Of a DNA stretch of 64,000 nt, positions 31,483 to 42,159 are shown in pieces. Source of the DNA: a virus. Position 1 is the first letter of the stretch. Every line of letters starts with the position of its first letter. A program made the position numbers and the translations under genes. The stretch is from the IMG/VR virus record IMGVR_UViG_3300028025_000090; one strand, 5' to 3'. Under the pieces are notes generated by a model. The model worked only from the letters and a program-made list of their open reading frames with translations, was not told where the DNA came from and did no database searches.

Positions 31483-33003
31483 ATGGAAAAATTTCATAAA
31501 TTATATCGTCAACTCATGCGCGAGTATGTGGAAGACTTCGATCAGAAATGGGATAAAGCTGTTTCCGAATCGGAGGAGCTTCAGGTAGCTCTTGATTTGA
31601 TGAAAAATATCAAAGCAAAATTAAAAGGTGAAATTTATATCGTCGGTGGTGTTCCTCGTGATTTGCTCATGGGTAACGCAATTGATGATGTGGATTTGGC
31701 TACCAATATTCCTGTAGAACAATTGGAGAAACATTTTGAATTGAGAAATATTTCTAAGAACGATTCTCAACCAGTCTATGCTATCCTATGGAAAGGATAT
31801 GTTTATGATTTGGCAAAATTTAGAACTGATTCTGGTGATATTGGTAGGCAAGCGAATGTCTCAACTGAGACTGATTCCTTTCAAGCTGATACAGAACGCA
31901 GAGATTTAACAATCAATTCTTTCGGGTTGGATGAGAATGGTAAGATCGTAGATTATCAAGGTGGTCTGGATGATTTGAAAAACAAAATCGTTCGTGCTGT
32001 AGGTGATGCCAAGAAGAGATTCATGGAAGATGCTACAAGGATTCTTCGCGTTTTCCGATTCGCTGCCAAGATGGATTTTGAAATTGAAGACGATACTAAA
32101 AAAGCAGCAATCGAATTGAAATATTTGCTTCAAGATCCGAAAGCTATTTCCAAAGAAAGTATCTCGAAAGAATTTTATAAGTCTGCCAAGACTGGTAGAA
32201 CTCTTGCCAACTTCTTGAAAAAATTACAAGACACCAAAATTCTCCATGACATTCTTCCTGAATTTACAGAGATGGAAGGTTTCGATCACGATCCTCAACA
32301 TCACCCTGAAGGAGATTCTCAAGTATTGGGACACATCTATGAGTGTCTGAATGCTTCTCCCTACAAAGATCCTATTATTAATCTTGCTGTATTATTCCAT
32401 GACTTTGGGAAAGCTACGACTAGAGGGAAAAAAGATAATGGATTTAGTAGCTATCATGGTCACGAAGCTGCTGGTGTTCCCATTGTCGAAGGGATATTTG
32501 AGAGACTAAGATTCAATGAATTGTCTCAACAAGATAAAAAGAATATCTTAGCGGCAGTGGATAAACACATGCTCGTTCATAATCTAGACAAACTCAATAT
32601 TAAAACACTGACTAGACTGATCCAAAATCCTGCATGGGAAACCATCAAAGCAGTTGGTTATTGCGATGAAGCATCGAGAGGCTCTGGTCTTTTCAATGAA
32701 AAAGAATTTTGGGATAAAGTTAAAAGAGCAGAAGAAAAAGTATCCAACATCGGTGGATCGGAAGATGAAACAAGAAAACGTCTCAAGCAATATTTCAGTG
32801 GAAATAAATTGATGGAATGGTTTCCAGTTCTCATCAAAGACAAATCCAAGTTCAAAGATATTACAGCAGCACTGCAAGAATATACTCTTGAAGAGTTGAA
32901 TGCTGGTAGGGAACCAGATGATTCGGAAATGAAGACAATCGTTGCTGGTATTCTAAAGAAGAATCAATTTAATGAATGGTATAATTATTACCAGAAAAAT
33001 TAA
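31483..33003 (+). CDS. cca: tRNA nucleotidyltransferase (CCA-adding) with HD domain
   Basis: IVGGVPRD...DVDLAT, RRDLTINS, EDATRILRVFRFA, HHPEGD, LFHDFGK. Confidence 0.92.
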   Translation: MEKFHKLYRQLMREYVEDFDQKWDKAVSESEELQVALDLMKNIKAKLKGEIYIVGGVPRDLLMGNAIDDVDLATNIPVEQLEKHFELRNISKNDSQPVYAILWKGYVYDLAKFRTDSGDIGRQANVSTETDSFQADTERRDLTINSFGLDENGKIVDYQGGLDDLKNKIVRAVGDAKKRFMEDATRILRVFRFAAKMDFEIEDDTKKAAIELKYLLQDPKAISKESISKEFYKSAKTGRTLANFLKKLQDTKILHDILPEFTEMEGFDHDPQHHPEGDSQVLGHIYECLNASPYKDPIINLAVLFHDFGKATTRGKKDNGFSSYHGHEAAGVPIVEGIFERLRFNELSQQDKKNILAAVDKHMLVHNLDKLNIKTLTRLIQNPAWETIKAVGYCDEASRGSGLFNEKEFWDKVKRAEEKVSNIGGSEDETRKRLKQYFSGNKLMEWFPVLIKDKSKFKDITAALQEYTLEELNAGREPDDSEMKTIVAGILKKNQFNEWYNYYQKN

Positions 33004-33224
33004 TCTTTGTGCCATTTCTCCATCTTGGAGTAATATTCTGGATCTTCTTCCACATGTTGTTTAGCAATCGTTTTTGCTAACTTCTTTCCTAACTTTGTTT
33101 TTCTCTTAGAAGGATTGATATGCTCTTGTTCTACTTCTTCCCCTTTGGAAACCTCTGGTTTAGGGAGATCTTTTTTCTTAACTTTTTTGAAGTAGTCATT
33201 AAAGAAATCTTGGAATTTTTTCAT
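33000..33224 (-). CDS. Small phage protein (DUF5661-like)
   Basis: EQEH...KTIAKQHVEEDPEYYSKM. Confidence 0.45.
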   Translation of the reverse strand: MKKFQDFFNDYFKKVKKKDLPKPEVSKGEEVEQEHINPSKRKTKLGKKLAKTIAKQHVEEDPEYYSKMEKWHKD

Positions 33225-33228
33225 ATTA

Positions 33229-34056
33229 TTAGTGTTCAGTGTTCTCGCTTAATTTTTTACGATATCCATATTCAGCAACAGATGGGTATCCACCTGTAAC
33301 GTGTTTAACTTCTAATGGATCAACTCCTCTAAATTCCCACACCACTTTTTTCTCAAATGGTGTCATGTTGAATCCAGTATGCGCTCTCATTAGAATATCA
33401 ACAATCTCATCATGTGACAATTCTGGATAGATTCTACTCTTCAATTCTTTAATTTCACCAGAAGAAGAATCTCTATAGGTGTCTCCATCATAATTAAATT
33501 TGGAAGAATCGGAAGCAACCCAAAAAAGATCAGTTGCTTTAAAACATTTTTTTAATTCTTGGATATATTCAGGGGTGATATCTTTTTCTCTACACCAGAA
33601 AGCAATGACTGAGACATTTTTTTTAAGTGTTTCACTTTCAATACTTTTCCAGATTCTCCCTGATTGACTTTTTATTCTCGTTTCTCCCATCGCTTGAGAA
33701 CGTTGGTTCTGATTGTAGAAATCTAAATCAGACTTATTCATTTTGCCACACACTTTAACATCATAAGACTTCAACACATTTTTAGTATTATCAGGATATT
33801 GAAGTGCTTCTTTCAACCCATTGAAAATGAATAAGTGAGTTGCTCCAGTGTGTAGGATAACATTTCCAATTTTAGAAAAGGCATAACCATCGGAATGATC
33901 ATAAACACCACCGTCAAATTTCAAAGAATCGGGATTGGATTTGTTCGATGGAATTGTGACATTTTCAAATAATACAACACCTCTGGTAGCTGCACGTTCC
34001 TCCAGAATTTTATTATAAAGTTCTCTGATGTTTAATTCGTCTCTCATGTCAACCAA
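33229..34056 (-). CDS. Hypothetical protein
   Basis: 275-aa ORF in a minus-strand gene run. Confidence 0.75.
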   Translation of the reverse strand: MVDMRDELNIRELYNKILEERAATRGVVLFENVTIPSNKSNPDSLKFDGGVYDHSDGYAFSKIGNVILHTGATHLFIFNGLKEALQYPDNTKNVLKSYDVKVCGKMNKSDLDFYNQNQRSQAMGETRIKSQSGRIWKSIESETLKKNVSVIAFWCREKDITPEYIQELKKCFKATDLFWVASDSSKFNYDGDTYRDSSSGEIKELKSRIYPELSHDEIVDILMRAHTGFNMTPFEKKVVWEFRGVDPLEVKHVTGGYPSVAEYGYRKKLSENTEH

Positions 34057-34331
34057 ATTTCTTCTGTTTGTTTAAATTTATCTATCAATAATTCCAAATT
34101 TTTAGATTGAAAATTACAATCAATCATGGTCTTTACAGTGTGCCTATTGTTGTTATTACAGAATGATAATTTGTAATTCAAATCAGCCATTTTAGGCTCG
34201 TGTTCAACGATCATCAGGAATGTATCATACATTCCTGATGGAAGGGGAATTGGATCGCCTGTAAAAATAACTTCCACTCCATCACTATTTGGAGCATTAC
34301 TCATATATTCTTTAGGATAAATTACTATCAT
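34044..34331 (-). CDS. Hypothetical protein
   Basis: Coupled ORF. Confidence 0.7.
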   Translation of the reverse strand: MIVIYPKEYMSNAPNSDGVEVIFTGDPIPLPSGMYDTFLMIVEHEPKMADLNYKLSFCNNNNRHTVKTMIDCNFQSKNLELLIDKFKQTEEIWLT

Positions 34332-34942
34332 CGTGCTAATTTCATGTAAACAACCACTGTTTCAGCATTTCGGTCAATGTTGCCATCGTCGTCAAGAGAA
34401 TAGGAAATACCATTGAACACTGGATAAGGCATTGTATCATCGTTTTTATCTTTGTCAATAACAAAACCATTTCGACTGTAGAGTCTGAATAATTTTTTTG
34501 GTATGATATTGCCATCACCATCTTGTTCCGCAAAACAATCCAAACGTCTAGCACCATTTTTAATAGCACTTTTTACTGCCGCATCTCCCGAAGATTCTAT
34601 GCCAGAAAAAACCGAAACCAATTCATCACCCTTTTTGATGCAATATCCGCTGGTATTGTTTGGTCCGATAAAACATTTCATCTCTGCGTATTCTTCGGGA
34701 TCATAAATGGTGATGTTATTTTTAATATCTTTAAACCATTCATGTTCTTTATGTTCGGGGTCAGCACGTTTAGTATCCGATTCCATGTAAGCATTGATGA
34801 TTTTATAAAATGATCTCCAATCAACTTTTTTAAATTTTTCAGAATCTTCAGGTGTTAGTTTTCTACTGATTTTTAATTGTTCAGGAGATAATTTACCAAT
34901 GTCTGAGAATGCTTCCCAGAAAAAATTATAGAATGTCTTCAT
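34328..34942 (-). CDS. Hypothetical protein, GNAT-like pattern
   Basis: ELVSVFS...AIKNGARRLDCF...LYSRNGF; TAAATA-N5-ATG. Confidence 0.35.
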   Translation of the reverse strand: MKTFYNFFWEAFSDIGKLSPEQLKISRKLTPEDSEKFKKVDWRSFYKIINAYMESDTKRADPEHKEHEWFKDIKNNITIYDPEEYAEMKCFIGPNNTSGYCIKKGDELVSVFSGIESSGDAAVKSAIKNGARRLDCFAEQDGDGNIIPKKLFRLYSRNGFVIDKDKNDDTMPYPVFNGISYSLDDDGNIDRNAETVVVYMKLAR

Positions 34943-34963
34943 TTTATTATTTAATAAAAATTT

Positions 34964-35242
34964 TCAACTATCTAGGTATTTGTCAATCACCATGGTGAAA
35001 TAATCCGCAAACCAACAAATAGATGATGCGTAAAATCCCCAAAGAGGGATTAGGAAAGGTGTGCCTGACCAGAACATCCCGAAGAAACATCCTACCCAAA
35101 AACCGAGACACATGCAACACTTAAATAATTTTTCAAAGAAATCATTTTTAGATAAATGCTCACGAATAGGATTTAGAATTGATCCGTATTTCAGGATCAG
35201 ACAAGCACCAATTAATACAAAAGATTGAAACCAAAGACTCAT
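34964..35242 (-). CDS. DUF1360-like membrane protein
   Basis: KLFKCCMCLGFWVG between TM segments. Confidence 0.55.
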   Translation of the reverse strand: MSLWFQSFVLIGACLILKYGSILNPIREHLSKNDFFEKLFKCCMCLGFWVGCFFGMFWSGTPFLIPLWGFYASSICWFADYFTMVIDKYLDS

Positions 35243-35439
35243 CCTAGAATAAGTTTTTGGTCATCAATCGTTTTCACACCATCTGAAATCAGGAGTGCTT
35301 CTTCTTTTCTCACGATAATTTTGTTTCCAAAATCATCTGTGATTTCTACCATGCCGTCTGTAAGTTCAGTTACTACTGGGCAACCTTGCTTTTGTTTGCA
35401 GCACAACTTAACACTATTATTTGTTAATACTTTAATCAT
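35239..35439 (-). CDS. Small hypothetical protein
   Basis: CCKQKQGCP; TAAATA upstream. Confidence 0.7.
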   Translation of the reverse strand: MIKVLTNNSVKLCCKQKQGCPVVTELTDGMVEITDDFGNKIIVRKEEALLISDGVKTIDDQKLILG

Positions 35440-35517
35440 AACAAAATTATTTATCCAAAGATTTGAGAAATCAATGATTTTTTATCTTTCAAATTATAAA
35501 CAAATACTTTTTTCATA

Positions 35518-36198
35518 TTAATAGCCCCATGCTTTCAGAGTATGTTCGAATGGATTACCGTCGATGTTTTTCACAAGCTGTAGCATTTCGTCAGCAATAT
35601 CGCGAATTTCTTTTTGAGCATGTTCGCTGCGACGAAGCTTGATGAAGTTGGCGAAAGAACGCATGTTGAACATAACGTCTCCTTCAATTTGACTGTTGTA
35701 AGTCTTGAAGAAACGAGCGGATTCTTTTGCGCGTTTGCGTCCAAGAACAGGCTCAAGGTCTTTTAGACAAGAATGATAGAGCTTATTACCTAATTCCGTA
35801 TACCCTTCGAGAATTTGCTTCCACGTTTCATAACCACCAATAAATTCTTCAACATCTTTAGGTTGAGATAGAGACGCATTGATACCAATCCAGTCATCAG
35901 GAAGATAAAATTTATCTTCTTTTAGTTCTTTGTATCGAGCGGACTCAGCATTGATGGATGCAATACGATGTTTAAGCAAATGAATGTGACTAGCGATTTC
36001 CGTATCAACTAGGAAGTGAACCACTCCCTTTTCAAACGGTGTCTCATGACCATTGTTCCATAGCATGTCAATTAGTTTTGGGATTCGAGATTTCTTATCC
36101 TCTGTCAAATCGCGACTCGTAGATGTCCATGCACTGCAAGCAATAATTTCGTCGCTTCCATAATGCCCTAGTAAGGTTACTTTATTTTTATTATTCAT
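35518..36198 (-). CDS. thyX: FAD-dependent thymidylate synthase
   Basis: GHETPFE, KHRIASINAESARY, HAQKEIR. Confidence 0.95.
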   Translation of the reverse strand: MNNKNKVTLLGHYGSDEIIACSAWTSTSRDLTEDKKSRIPKLIDMLWNNGHETPFEKGVVHFLVDTEIASHIHLLKHRIASINAESARYKELKEDKFYLPDDWIGINASLSQPKDVEEFIGGYETWKQILEGYTELGNKLYHSCLKDLEPVLGRKRAKESARFFKTYNSQIEGDVMFNMRSFANFIKLRRSEHAQKEIRDIADEMLQLVKNIDGNPFEHTLKAWGY

Positions 36199-36201
36199 AT
36201 T

Positions 36202-36579
36202 TTATTTTTTCTCAACAATAACTTTCATAAACATTGGATAATTCTTGATCCGTTGTTGTGCGATTTTGAAATTAGCACAAAAAACATCGATTACAATATT
36301 ATTTTTACCTAATTTTTTAGAAGCAGATCTAGCTTTCACTGAACTACCAGTATCAATAGCAGTTGTAGTTAGACCCATTTGTGGTATTTTTACTTTACTA
36401 CCATATGAAATAATTCTAGGATCAACTGCCACTGTTTTACCACAGATCGGTTTTTTTCCAGTAGCGGTTTGATAACCAACTTGACCACCATTGTTTGGCC
36501 AATAGTATGTAATTCTCGCCATATATTCTTCTGAATAGCAGAATGTGGTTAATAATGATGCGATAATTATTTTCAACAT
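36202..36579 (-). CDS. 3D-domain cell-wall protein with signal peptide
   Basis: VAVDP...AIDTG...IDVF; TTGACA-N16-TAAGTT-N6-ATG promoter. Confidence 0.8.
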   Translation of the reverse strand: MLKIIIASLLTTFCYSEEYMARITYYWPNNGGQVGYQTATGKKPICGKTVAVDPRIISYGSKVKIPQMGLTTTAIDTGSSVKARSASKKLGKNNIVIDVFCANFKIAQQRIKNYPMFMKVIVEKK

Positions 36580-36628
36580 GTTTCCAACTTAACATATTTT
36601 TTTAATTTGTCAAGTACTAAATAATAAT

Positions 36629-37036
36629 ATGGGTGAATTAAATAAAAATGTTTTTCCAGATACCATTAAATTAGAAGATTTGGGCATCATTAAAGGAACG
36701 AGAAAATTTCGTCTTTTGGCAGATTTTCGTTGTTATTTTAAAGGTAAATTACTTACTATCCCTAAAGGATTTATCACAGATGGAATTTCCGCTCCTAAAT
36801 TTGCATGGCCTATTATCGGACCTTACGGACCTGCTTTCCCCGCTGCTTTGATTCACGATTGGTGTTTCTCTCCATTTAATAAAGAATATAATTGGAAAGA
36901 ATCGAATTGGCTCTTTTTAGAATTGATGAAGGAAGCTGGTGTCGGTTTTACTATGAGATGGACTATCTATTCTGCTGTTGTGGCAGGATCATATCCCATA
37001 TGGTTAAAACGGATTGAAAGTTACGGTGATAAGTAA
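36629..37036 (+). CDS. DUF1353 family protein
   Basis: IPKGFITDGISAP...AALIHDW; TAAATA-N5-ATG. Confidence 0.8.
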   Translation: MGELNKNVFPDTIKLEDLGIIKGTRKFRLLADFRCYFKGKLLTIPKGFITDGISAPKFAWPIIGPYGPAFPAALIHDWCFSPFNKEYNWKESNWLFLELMKEAGVGFTMRWTIYSAVVAGSYPIWLKRIESYGDK

Positions 37037-37040
37037 TAAT

Positions 37041-37616
37041 ATGAATAGCGAAGAAATTAAAAAAATGCAGAAAAAAATCGGTGTTGTTGCTGATGGATTC
37101 TGGGGTCCGAAATCGCAAGATGCTTGTAAAAAATATTTGCGTTCATTGATGCCTAAAAACAATCCATGGCCAAAAAGCGATCAAGCATCTCTAAGAAAAT
37201 TTTACGGAAATCCAGGAGATGAATCAAATCTTGTAACGGTCACTTTACCATATCCTATGTATTACGATGGCAAATTAGTCACCAAAACTCGCGTCAATAA
37301 AAAATGTGCTGATTCTTTATTGAGAATACTCACTAATATTAAAAATATAATCCCAAAATATCCTGATATTAAAAATGAAGCTGAAGATTATGGTGGCATT
37401 TACAATTTTCGTTTGAAGCGTGGTGGTTCTTCTTATTCCCTACATGCTTACGGTGCTGCCATCGATTTAGATGCTGATGAAAATACTTTCCGCGATAGTT
37501 GGCCGATGAAAGCGGATATGCCGCTGGAAATCATGGAAGAATTTGCAAAAGAAGGTTGGATATCTGCTGGTGCGTTTTGGGGATATGATGCTATGCATTT
37601 CCAGGGGACTCAATGA
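37041..37616 (+). CDS. Endolysin, M15-family peptidase with peptidoglycan-binding N-terminus (start revised from 37014)
   Basis: ADGFWGPKS; SLHAYGAAIDL; DAMHFQ. Confidence 0.88.
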   Translation: MNSEEIKKMQKKIGVVADGFWGPKSQDACKKYLRSLMPKNNPWPKSDQASLRKFYGNPGDESNLVTVTLPYPMYYDGKLVTKTRVNKKCADSLLRILTNIKNIIPKYPDIKNEAEDYGGIYNFRLKRGGSSYSLHAYGAAIDLDADENTFRDSWPMKADMPLEIMEEFAKEGWISAGAFWGYDAMHFQGTQ

Positions 37617-37619
37617 TAT

Positions 37620-38297
37620 TCATTTATCTTTGGGATACCAATTGATATCAGGACTTAACACACTATCAACTCGTAATCCTTCTGCGTATTCTTCATCCCA
37701 CGCTTCTCTATTCATACAAGAATCATCGTCATCATGATCCCAATGATGAGGTGGTTTAAATTTACCTTCAACTGGAACAATCCACATGTAGAAAGGATTC
37801 ACGCTCACTCTTTTAACTATTGCTGGTTCTCCATTGTATTCAATTTTTCTACCCTCGATTTCTTCTCGCCAAAATCTAGAATGAAAATTAATCGGTCCTT
37901 CTGTGAATTCGATTAGAGATGCTTTAGCTTTATGGTAAGCATAATCTTCCGATCCTCCAAATTCGAAAAAGGGGACACCGTTTCTACTAATCACAGTATT
38001 ACAAGTAAATCTAACACTGGTTTCATCCCATTTGGTTTTAGTCCACGCCTTTTTTGTTTGTGAAATTTCCCAATTTGGAGCATTCCCCCTTACACCATAA
38101 CAATTAATGACTTCGATATCTAAATCATCGGGAACGAAATAATCCTTTATTTTTTTGTAGCGTGGTTTAATTTCATAACAAGCATAATTCTCATTATTAT
38201 AACCATCATATCTTACGATTTGATACGGTTTGTCATACAATTCAAAATCCCAATCGATGTAGCTTGGATTTTTTTCCAATAGTTCTCTATAAGTCAT
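37620..38297 (-). CDS. Phage hypothetical protein (start revised from 38330)
   Basis: TTGACA-N16-TAAGTT-N5-ATG points to MTYRELL start. Confidence 0.75.
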   Translation of the reverse strand: MTYRELLEKNPSYIDWDFELYDKPYQIVRYDGYNNENYACYEIKPRYKKIKDYFVPDDLDIEVINCYGVRGNAPNWEISQTKKAWTKTKWDETSVRFTCNTVISRNGVPFFEFGGSEDYAYHKAKASLIEFTEGPINFHSRFWREEIEGRKIEYNGEPAIVKRVSVNPFYMWIVPVEGKFKPPHHWDHDDDDSCMNREAWDEEYAEGLRVDSVLSPDINWYPKDK

Positions 38298-38366
38298 GAA
38301 TGAACTTACTACGGAAGTATCATTTGTCAATTATTTATCATCAATCACCATTGGTGCTAAATTATA

Positions 38367-38411
38367 AAAAATACCCGCCAAAGTGTGCTTACAAGTAGAG
38401 GCATGGCGGGT
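38367..38411 (-). terminator. Probable intrinsic terminator
   Basis: ACCCGCCA/TGGCGGGT stem followed by T-run on minus strand. Confidence 0.6.
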
Positions 38412-38419
38412 CTGCTAAA

Positions 38420-38737
38420 TTATTTAGTTGGGTTTAATCTTTCCTTTAATTTTGCAAATGCGTTTCTTATGGCATTATCAATATTATCGGAATTTCCCGT
38501 GCATTCATCTTCAACATCTTGGATGATTTTTAAAATTCCTTCCAATTCTTCTTCTTGTTCACCATAAACGTGGGAAGTCACCATTGGAGGTGCTATTCCA
38601 ATTATTTGTTTATTATAAGATAATTTATTACCAGCTTCTTGGGGGACTTCTTGCTTCGGAACTCTTTGAGGTGGATTGAAACCACTTTGATATTCCAGAA
38701 TCAAATCAGCATAGACTTGTTGTAAAAATTTATCCAT
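38420..38737 (-). CDS. Hypothetical late protein (start revised from 38770)
   Basis: TAAATA-N5-ATG. Confidence 0.7.
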   Translation of the reverse strand: MDKFLQQVYADLILEYQSGFNPPQRVPKQEVPQEAGNKLSYNKQIIGIAPPMVTSHVYGEQEEELEGILKIIQDVEDECTGNSDNIDNAIRNAFAKLKERLNPTK

Positions 38738-38785
38738 GATATTATTTAATTTGATAACATAGATTTCCATGTTAAATAATGATAT

Positions 38786-39424
38786 ATGAAAAGATGGGGA
38801 TATCGAAACGAGGAGGAGAAAGAGGAAAACAACTCAAATATACCGAATATCATCATAACATCTGCGAATGAAGAGCAAACCGTTGTTAATAGTGGTATTC
38901 GAGTCATTAATAATAAAATTTTGTTTTATGCTGATATTGATGAAGGGTCTGTTTTGGAATTGAACCGTGTTTTGCTTGAACTGGATTGTAAATTACAGAG
39001 CATTAAAAGCTTTGATGATAATTATGAACCTATTATCCATCTCCACCTTAATACCTTTGGAGGTGTTATTTTTGCAGCATTTTCTACTGTCGATACAATC
39101 CGTAGATTGAAATCCAAAGTCTATACGTATGTTGATGGTAACACCGCATCTGCTGGAACTCTGATTAGTCTGAGTGGTTCTAAAAGATATATGGGACAAC
39201 ATGCTCATTTCCTCATTCACCAATTAAGTTCTGGTGTCTATGGTAAGTTTTCGGAAATGGAGGATGAAATCGCCACATGTACCAAATTGATGAAGGTTCT
39301 GAAAGATTTTTATAAAAAACACACCAAAGTTCCAATGAAAAAATTGGATGAGCTTATGAAGCGAGATATTTGGTTGGATGCTCAAGAATGTCTTGATTAT
39401 GGAATCATCGATGAAATTCTCTAA
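38786..39424 (+). CDS. clpP: ClpP-like protease
   Basis: LHLNTFGG, TASAG (Ser), FLIHQ (His), RDIWLDAQECLDYGIIDEI. Confidence 0.88.
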   Translation: MKRWGYRNEEEKEENNSNIPNIIITSANEEQTVVNSGIRVINNKILFYADIDEGSVLELNRVLLELDCKLQSIKSFDDNYEPIIHLHLNTFGGVIFAAFSTVDTIRRLKSKVYTYVDGNTASAGTLISLSGSKRYMGQHAHFLIHQLSSGVYGKFSEMEDEIATCTKLMKVLKDFYKKHTKVPMKKLDELMKRDIWLDAQECLDYGIIDEIL

Positions 39425-39528
39425 AAAAGGGGGTTGATTTTTTATCGGCTCGTGGCATATTTAGCGAAACGAACGATAAAAAAATAAAAGAAAAACGAGG
39501 AAAAGTAGAGGATAAGTAATAGACGATT

Positions 39529-40503
39529 ATGAGCATTTTTGACGAGCAAGTTAGTAGAAAACCGAACAAATATCCATGGACAACACAATTTATTGAGGCT
39601 ATGCATCAAGGATTTTGGACTGATAAGGAATTTAGTTTTAAAGCAGATTACCATCAATTCAAAACGATTTTGGATGATAAAGAACGAGAAATTATTGTCC
39701 GCACACTGTCGGCAATCGGACAGATTGAAGTAGCAGTGAAAACATTCTGGTCAAAGCTTGGGGAAAATCTTCCCCATCCATCTTTGTCTGATTTGGGATT
39801 TGTCATGGCAAATGTTGAAGTGATCCACAATAATGCCTATGAGCGTCTTTTGGATGAACTCAACATGGAAGATATTTTTGAAGAAAACCTTAAACTTGAA
39901 TGGATTCAAGGTCGTGTGAAGTATCTCAAGAAATATACGCATCGTTTTTATAAAGATTCCAAGAAACAATATCTTTATGCTTTGATTCTTTTCACTTTAT
40001 TTGTCGAGAATGTTTCCCTGTTTAGCCAATTTTATGTGATCAATTGGTTTGCTAAAAATAAAAATGTTCTCAAAGACACTGATCAACAAGTCCGTTATAC
40101 ACGGAATGAAGAAGCAATTCATGCAATGGTCGGTATGAAAATTATCGATACAATTCGCGAAGAGCATCCAGAATTATTTGACAAAGAGCTAGAAGAGCGT
40201 ATACTACACGAAGCAGAACAAGCTTTCATTGCTGAAAGTAAGATCATTGACTGGATGGTTAATGGTATTGAAGAAAAAGGTCTGTCAGCACCAATTTTGA
40301 AAGAATTTATCAAGAACAGAATAAATGAATCTTTGGTTGGAATTGGATTCCCTAAAGTATTTGAAATTGATACTGATCTTCTCGATGAGACATTTTGGTT
40401 CGATGAGCAAGTTCTCGCTCCAAACATGACAGACTTTTTCCACTCAAGACCTGTTGAATACGCTAAAAACACACAATCTTACGACGAAGACGATTTATTT
40501 TAA
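39529..40503 (+). CDS. nrdB: Ribonucleotide reductase class Ia beta subunit
   Basis: EVIHNNAY, VENVSLFSQF, RNEEAIH, DFFHSRPVEY. Confidence 0.95.
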   Translation: MSIFDEQVSRKPNKYPWTTQFIEAMHQGFWTDKEFSFKADYHQFKTILDDKEREIIVRTLSAIGQIEVAVKTFWSKLGENLPHPSLSDLGFVMANVEVIHNNAYERLLDELNMEDIFEENLKLEWIQGRVKYLKKYTHRFYKDSKKQYLYALILFTLFVENVSLFSQFYVINWFAKNKNVLKDTDQQVRYTRNEEAIHAMVGMKIIDTIREEHPELFDKELEERILHEAEQAFIAESKIIDWMVNGIEEKGLSAPILKEFIKNRINESLVGIGFPKVFEIDTDLLDETFWFDEQVLAPNMTDFFHSRPVEYAKNTQSYDEDDLF

Positions 40504-40506
40504 TAT

Positions 40507-42159
40507 ATGACAAGAGAAAAATACTACTGGTTAAACGAGGATTCCATTAAATTCTTGGAACAAGGTTATCTCCGCGAGGGACAATCTCCATTTGAGAGAA
40601 TTCAAGAAATTGCTAATACTGCACAAAAAATACTCGGTATTGACGGGTTCGCTGATAAATTTATTGATTACATGTCTCGTGGCTTTTATAGCCTTTCTAC
40701 CCCTGTATGGATGAATTTTGGTAACGAAAGAGGTAATCCTATTTCTTGTTTCAATTCTCATATTGGTGATAGTGTTGAAGATTTCCTAATTAAACAAGCT
40801 GAAGTGGGAATGATGACTAAAGTTGGCGGTGGAACGTCTGGATATTTTGGAGACATTCGCCCAAGAGGATCTAAAATTTCTACTGGTGGCGTTGCAGAGG
40901 GTTCAATTCGATGCATGGAACTATTTGATAATGTGGCTAAGATCATTAGCCAAGGGAGCGCACGTAGAGGCAGTTTTGCGGCATACTTGCCGATTGACCA
41001 TGGAGACTTCGATGAGTTGATGAAGATTCGCTCTGAGGGGCATTCTATTCAAGAGATGTCTATTGGTGTTACGATTCCAGAAGGATGGATGCAATCCATG
41101 GTTGATGGTGATAAAGAGAAAAGACGCAGATGGGCTTCAGTAATTAAGAAACGTTCTGAGACTGGTTATCCTTATGTGTTCTTCACTGATAATGCCAATA
41201 ATCAAGCTCCACAGGTTTACAAAGATAAAAAATATAAAATCAATGCAAGTAACCTTTGTTCAGAGATTTTTCTACCATCGACTAAAGACGAATCTTTTGT
41301 TTGTTGCCTTTCCTCTTTGAATTTGCTGTGGTGGGATGAAATTGAAAAGACAGATGCTGTTGAAACAATGGTGATGTTTTTGGATGCCGTTATGACGGAA
41401 TTCATCGAAAAAACAAAAGGCAATCGCTTGATGGAAGCTGCTCATAATTTCGCTAAGAATCATCGTGCATTGGGCATGGGTGTTTTGGGTTATCATAGCT
41501 ATCTTCAATCTAAAATGATTGCATGGGAAAGTATGGACGCTCATTTCGAGAATATCGACATCTTCCACAAAATCCGCTTACGTGCTGATGAAGCAACGAA
41601 AGAACTCGCTACGATGTTTGGTGAGCCTGAAGTATTGAAAGGTTATGGTCGTCGTAATACAACGACTATCGCTATTGCTCCTACTACAAGCTCCAGCTTT
41701 ATTCTTGGTCAAGTGAGTCCTAGCATTGAACCTCTTAACAGTAATTACTTCGTCAAGAATCTTGCCAAAGGTCAATTCACTTATCGCAATCCAAAACTCG
41801 AAGAATTATTGAAATCTAAAGGTAAAGATGATAAAGAAATTTGGAAGAGTATTTTGATTCATGGTGGTAGCGTTCAACATCTCGACTTCCTCACAGAACA
41901 TGAAAAGGATGTTTTCAAAACATTTGCAGAACTTTCCCAGAAAGAAGTTGTAACCCATGCTGCTCAAAGACAACCACATATCGATCAAGGGCAATCTCTC
42001 AATTTGATGATTCCTGCTGGCACAAAACCAAAAGAAATTAATGAATTGATGATCTTCGCATGGGAGCAAGGAATCAAATCTTTGTATTACCAACGTTCAT
42101 CAAATCCTTCACAGGAATTATCTAGATCGATTATGACATGTAAATCTTGCGAGGGTTAA
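40507..42159 (+). CDS. nrdA: Ribonucleotide reductase class Ia alpha subunit (no N-terminal ATP cone)
   Basis: PISCF, GGGTS, SNLCSEI, VCCLSSLN, AIAPTTSSS, C-terminal CKSCEG. Confidence 0.95.
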   Translation: MTREKYYWLNEDSIKFLEQGYLREGQSPFERIQEIANTAQKILGIDGFADKFIDYMSRGFYSLSTPVWMNFGNERGNPISCFNSHIGDSVEDFLIKQAEVGMMTKVGGGTSGYFGDIRPRGSKISTGGVAEGSIRCMELFDNVAKIISQGSARRGSFAAYLPIDHGDFDELMKIRSEGHSIQEMSIGVTIPEGWMQSMVDGDKEKRRRWASVIKKRSETGYPYVFFTDNANNQAPQVYKDKKYKINASNLCSEIFLPSTKDESFVCCLSSLNLLWWDEIEKTDAVETMVMFLDAVMTEFIEKTKGNRLMEAAHNFAKNHRALGMGVLGYHSYLQSKMIAWESMDAHFENIDIFHKIRLRADEATKELATMFGEPEVLKGYGRRNTTTIAIAPTTSSSFILGQVSPSIEPLNSNYFVKNLAKGQFTYRNPKLEELLKSKGKDDKEIWKSILIHGGSVQHLDFLTEHEKDVFKTFAELSQKEVVTHAAQRQPHIDQGQSLNLMIPAGTKPKEINELMIFAWEQGIKSLYYQRSSNPSQELSRSIMTCKSCEG

